DNA of 32,619 bases from Candidatus Eiseniibacteriota bacterium (lineage in GTDB: Bacteria > Eisenbacteria > RBG-16-71-46): contig JANLWX010000011.1 in NCBI GenBank assembly GCA_031364845.1, positions 1-32,619 on the forward strand. Direction: 5' to 3'. This document shows, one piece after another, positions 29,894 through 32,619 of this stretch (within the stretch, counting starts at the first letter, position 1; the number at the start of each line of letters is the position of its first letter). The notes under the pieces are model-generated. The model did not search any database and was not told the DNA's origin. It saw only the letters and a list, made by a program, of their open reading frames with translations. A program made the position numbers and the translations under genes.

Positions 29894-30970
29894 TCAGCGG
29901 GGGACCGGCACGTGCTCCAATTCGCCCAGAACCATGTCGCCGATCTGCGTGGTCGAGTGCCCTGAGTCGGTACCGAGTGACGGCAGTCGTTTCGAGCGCA
30001 AAATGCCCGCCACCGCTTCCTCGATCCGCTGCGCGCCCTTCGACTCGCCGAGATAGTCGAGCATCATCTGGATCGCCATGATGGTGGCGATCGGGTTCGC
30101 GACGTTCTTGCCGGCGTACTTGGGGGCGGAGCCGTGGATCGGCTCGAACAGGCTGACCTTGCCCGGATGGATGTTGCCCGAGGCCGCCACACCGAGCCCG
30201 CCCTGAATCATGGCGGACAGGTCGGTGAAGATATCGCCGAACATGTTGCTCGTGACCACGGTGTCGTATTGCCCGGGCTCGCGGACCACGTACATGCACG
30301 CGGCGTCGATGTAGTTGTGCTCGCGCGCGATGTCCGGATACTCGGCGCCGACCTCGGCGAACGTGCGGGTCCACAGATCCATCGCGCGCACCGCGTTCGC
30401 CTTGTCGATCAGCGTCAGCTTCTTCGCGCGGCCCCGCTTGCGGGCCAGCTCGAAGGCGTAGCGGATCACACGCTCGACGCCCTTGCGCGTGAAGATGATC
30501 TCCTGCGTGGCGACCTCGTCGGGCGTGCCTTTTTTGAAGAAGCCGCGCATGCCGGCGTAGGCGTCTTCGGTGTTCTCGCGCACGACGATGAAGTCGACCT
30601 GTTCGGGCGTGACGTCCTTGAGCGGGCACAGATGCTCGGCGTAGAGCTTCACGGGCCGCAGATTGACGAACAGATCGAGCTCGAACCGCAGCTTCGCGAT
30701 GATTCCGAATTCGAGCAGCCCGATCTCGATTCGCGGATCGCCGATCGCCCCGAGCAGGATCGCGTCGTGCCGCTTGATCTCTTCGAACGCGGCCTCGGGG
30801 AAGATCTCGCGGGTCGCGAGGTAGTGCTCGGCCCCGAACGGGTAGGGGGTCGTCCGCACGCGGAACCCTTCGAGGGCCGCGACGCGATCCAGCACCCGCA
30901 GTCCTTCGCGGACCACTTCCGGGCCGATCCCGTCTCCGGCGATCACGGCGATCTGATATTCCCTGGCCAT
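29894..30970 (-). CDS. leuB: 3-isopropylmalate dehydrogenase / beta-decarboxylating dehydrogenase family
   Basis: [38 protein letters not shown]; exact substrate uncertain. Confidence 0.75.
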   Translation of the reverse strand: MAREYQIAVIAGDGIGPEVVREGLRVLDRVAALEGFRVRTTPYPFGAEHYLATREIFPEAAFEEIKRHDAILLGAIGDPRIEIGLLEFGIIAKLRFELDLFVNLRPVKLYAEHLCPLKDVTPEQVDFIVVRENTEDAYAGMRGFFKKGTPDEVATQEIIFTRKGVERVIRYAFELARKRGRAKKLTLIDKANAVRAMDLWTRTFAEVGAEYPDIAREHNYIDAACMYVVREPGQYDTVVTSNMFGDIFTDLSAMIQGGLGVAASGNIHPGKVSLFEPIHGSAPKYAGKNVANPIATIMAIQMMLDYLGESKGAQRIEEAVAGILRSKRLPSLGTDSGHSTTQIGDMVLGELEHVPVPR

Positions 30971-31281
30971 TCCGCTTGCCCTCGGTGTGCAGGTTTGCCT
31001 TGCAATCGGAGGCCGCGAGCGGCCCGTGAACGCGCATTCGAACGCCAGCGGACGCTAACAGACCCATTGCGTTTTGCAACACGCGCGACCGCGCACGGCA
31101 GCGCCCCGCGCCGCCCGGACAGCCCTCGACGCGAGTCTGTTATGGCGGCGCAACCAAGGGTTCGCTAGGATTCCACAGTAAACCCTTCAGCACTGACCTC
31201 GCACCGGAGCACTCTAGGAAAACCTAGCCCGAATCCCCACGTGAACGAGCAGGGCCGCGTCGATCCATACTCGAGGGCGCC

Positions 31282-32619
<1,338 letters not shown>

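Overview
High-GC diderm bacterial chromosome segment. An FG-GAP protein with a T9SS-type C-terminal domain and D-S/T motifs suggest an FCB-related lineage such as Ca. Eisenbacteria; this is an inference. The window opens with the 3' end of an rRNA operon (23S end, 5S, terminator). Next come a putative envelope cluster (exported three-repeat helical protein, outer-membrane beta-barrel, a 122-bp MITE-like inverted-repeat element, SppA), a monoheme cytochrome c, and an EF-G2-yebC-ruvCAB-queA cluster. The middle holds a redoxin-fold protein lacking CxxC, a 14-repeat FG-GAP secreted protein, a PccB-type carboxyltransferase, an M16 peptidase pair, divergent exported MsrB and fasciclin genes with back-to-back ECF-type promoters, an SGNH lipoprotein and YqeY. 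The right part has a minus-strand cluster (GAF-PP2C phosphatase, MtgA fused to an Ig-like domain and long tail, TonB-dependent receptor), enoyl-CoA hydratase, MgtC, a LeuB-family dehydrogenase, and the 5' part of a poly-HAMP sensor kinase. The most striking unexplained signal is a 13/14-bp inverted repeat pairing the stop-codon region of the MtgA fusion with the Shine-Dalgarno of the TonB-dependent receptor. This is the layout of arrest-peptide translational control. No CRISPR array, tRNA, transposase or integrase was seen.
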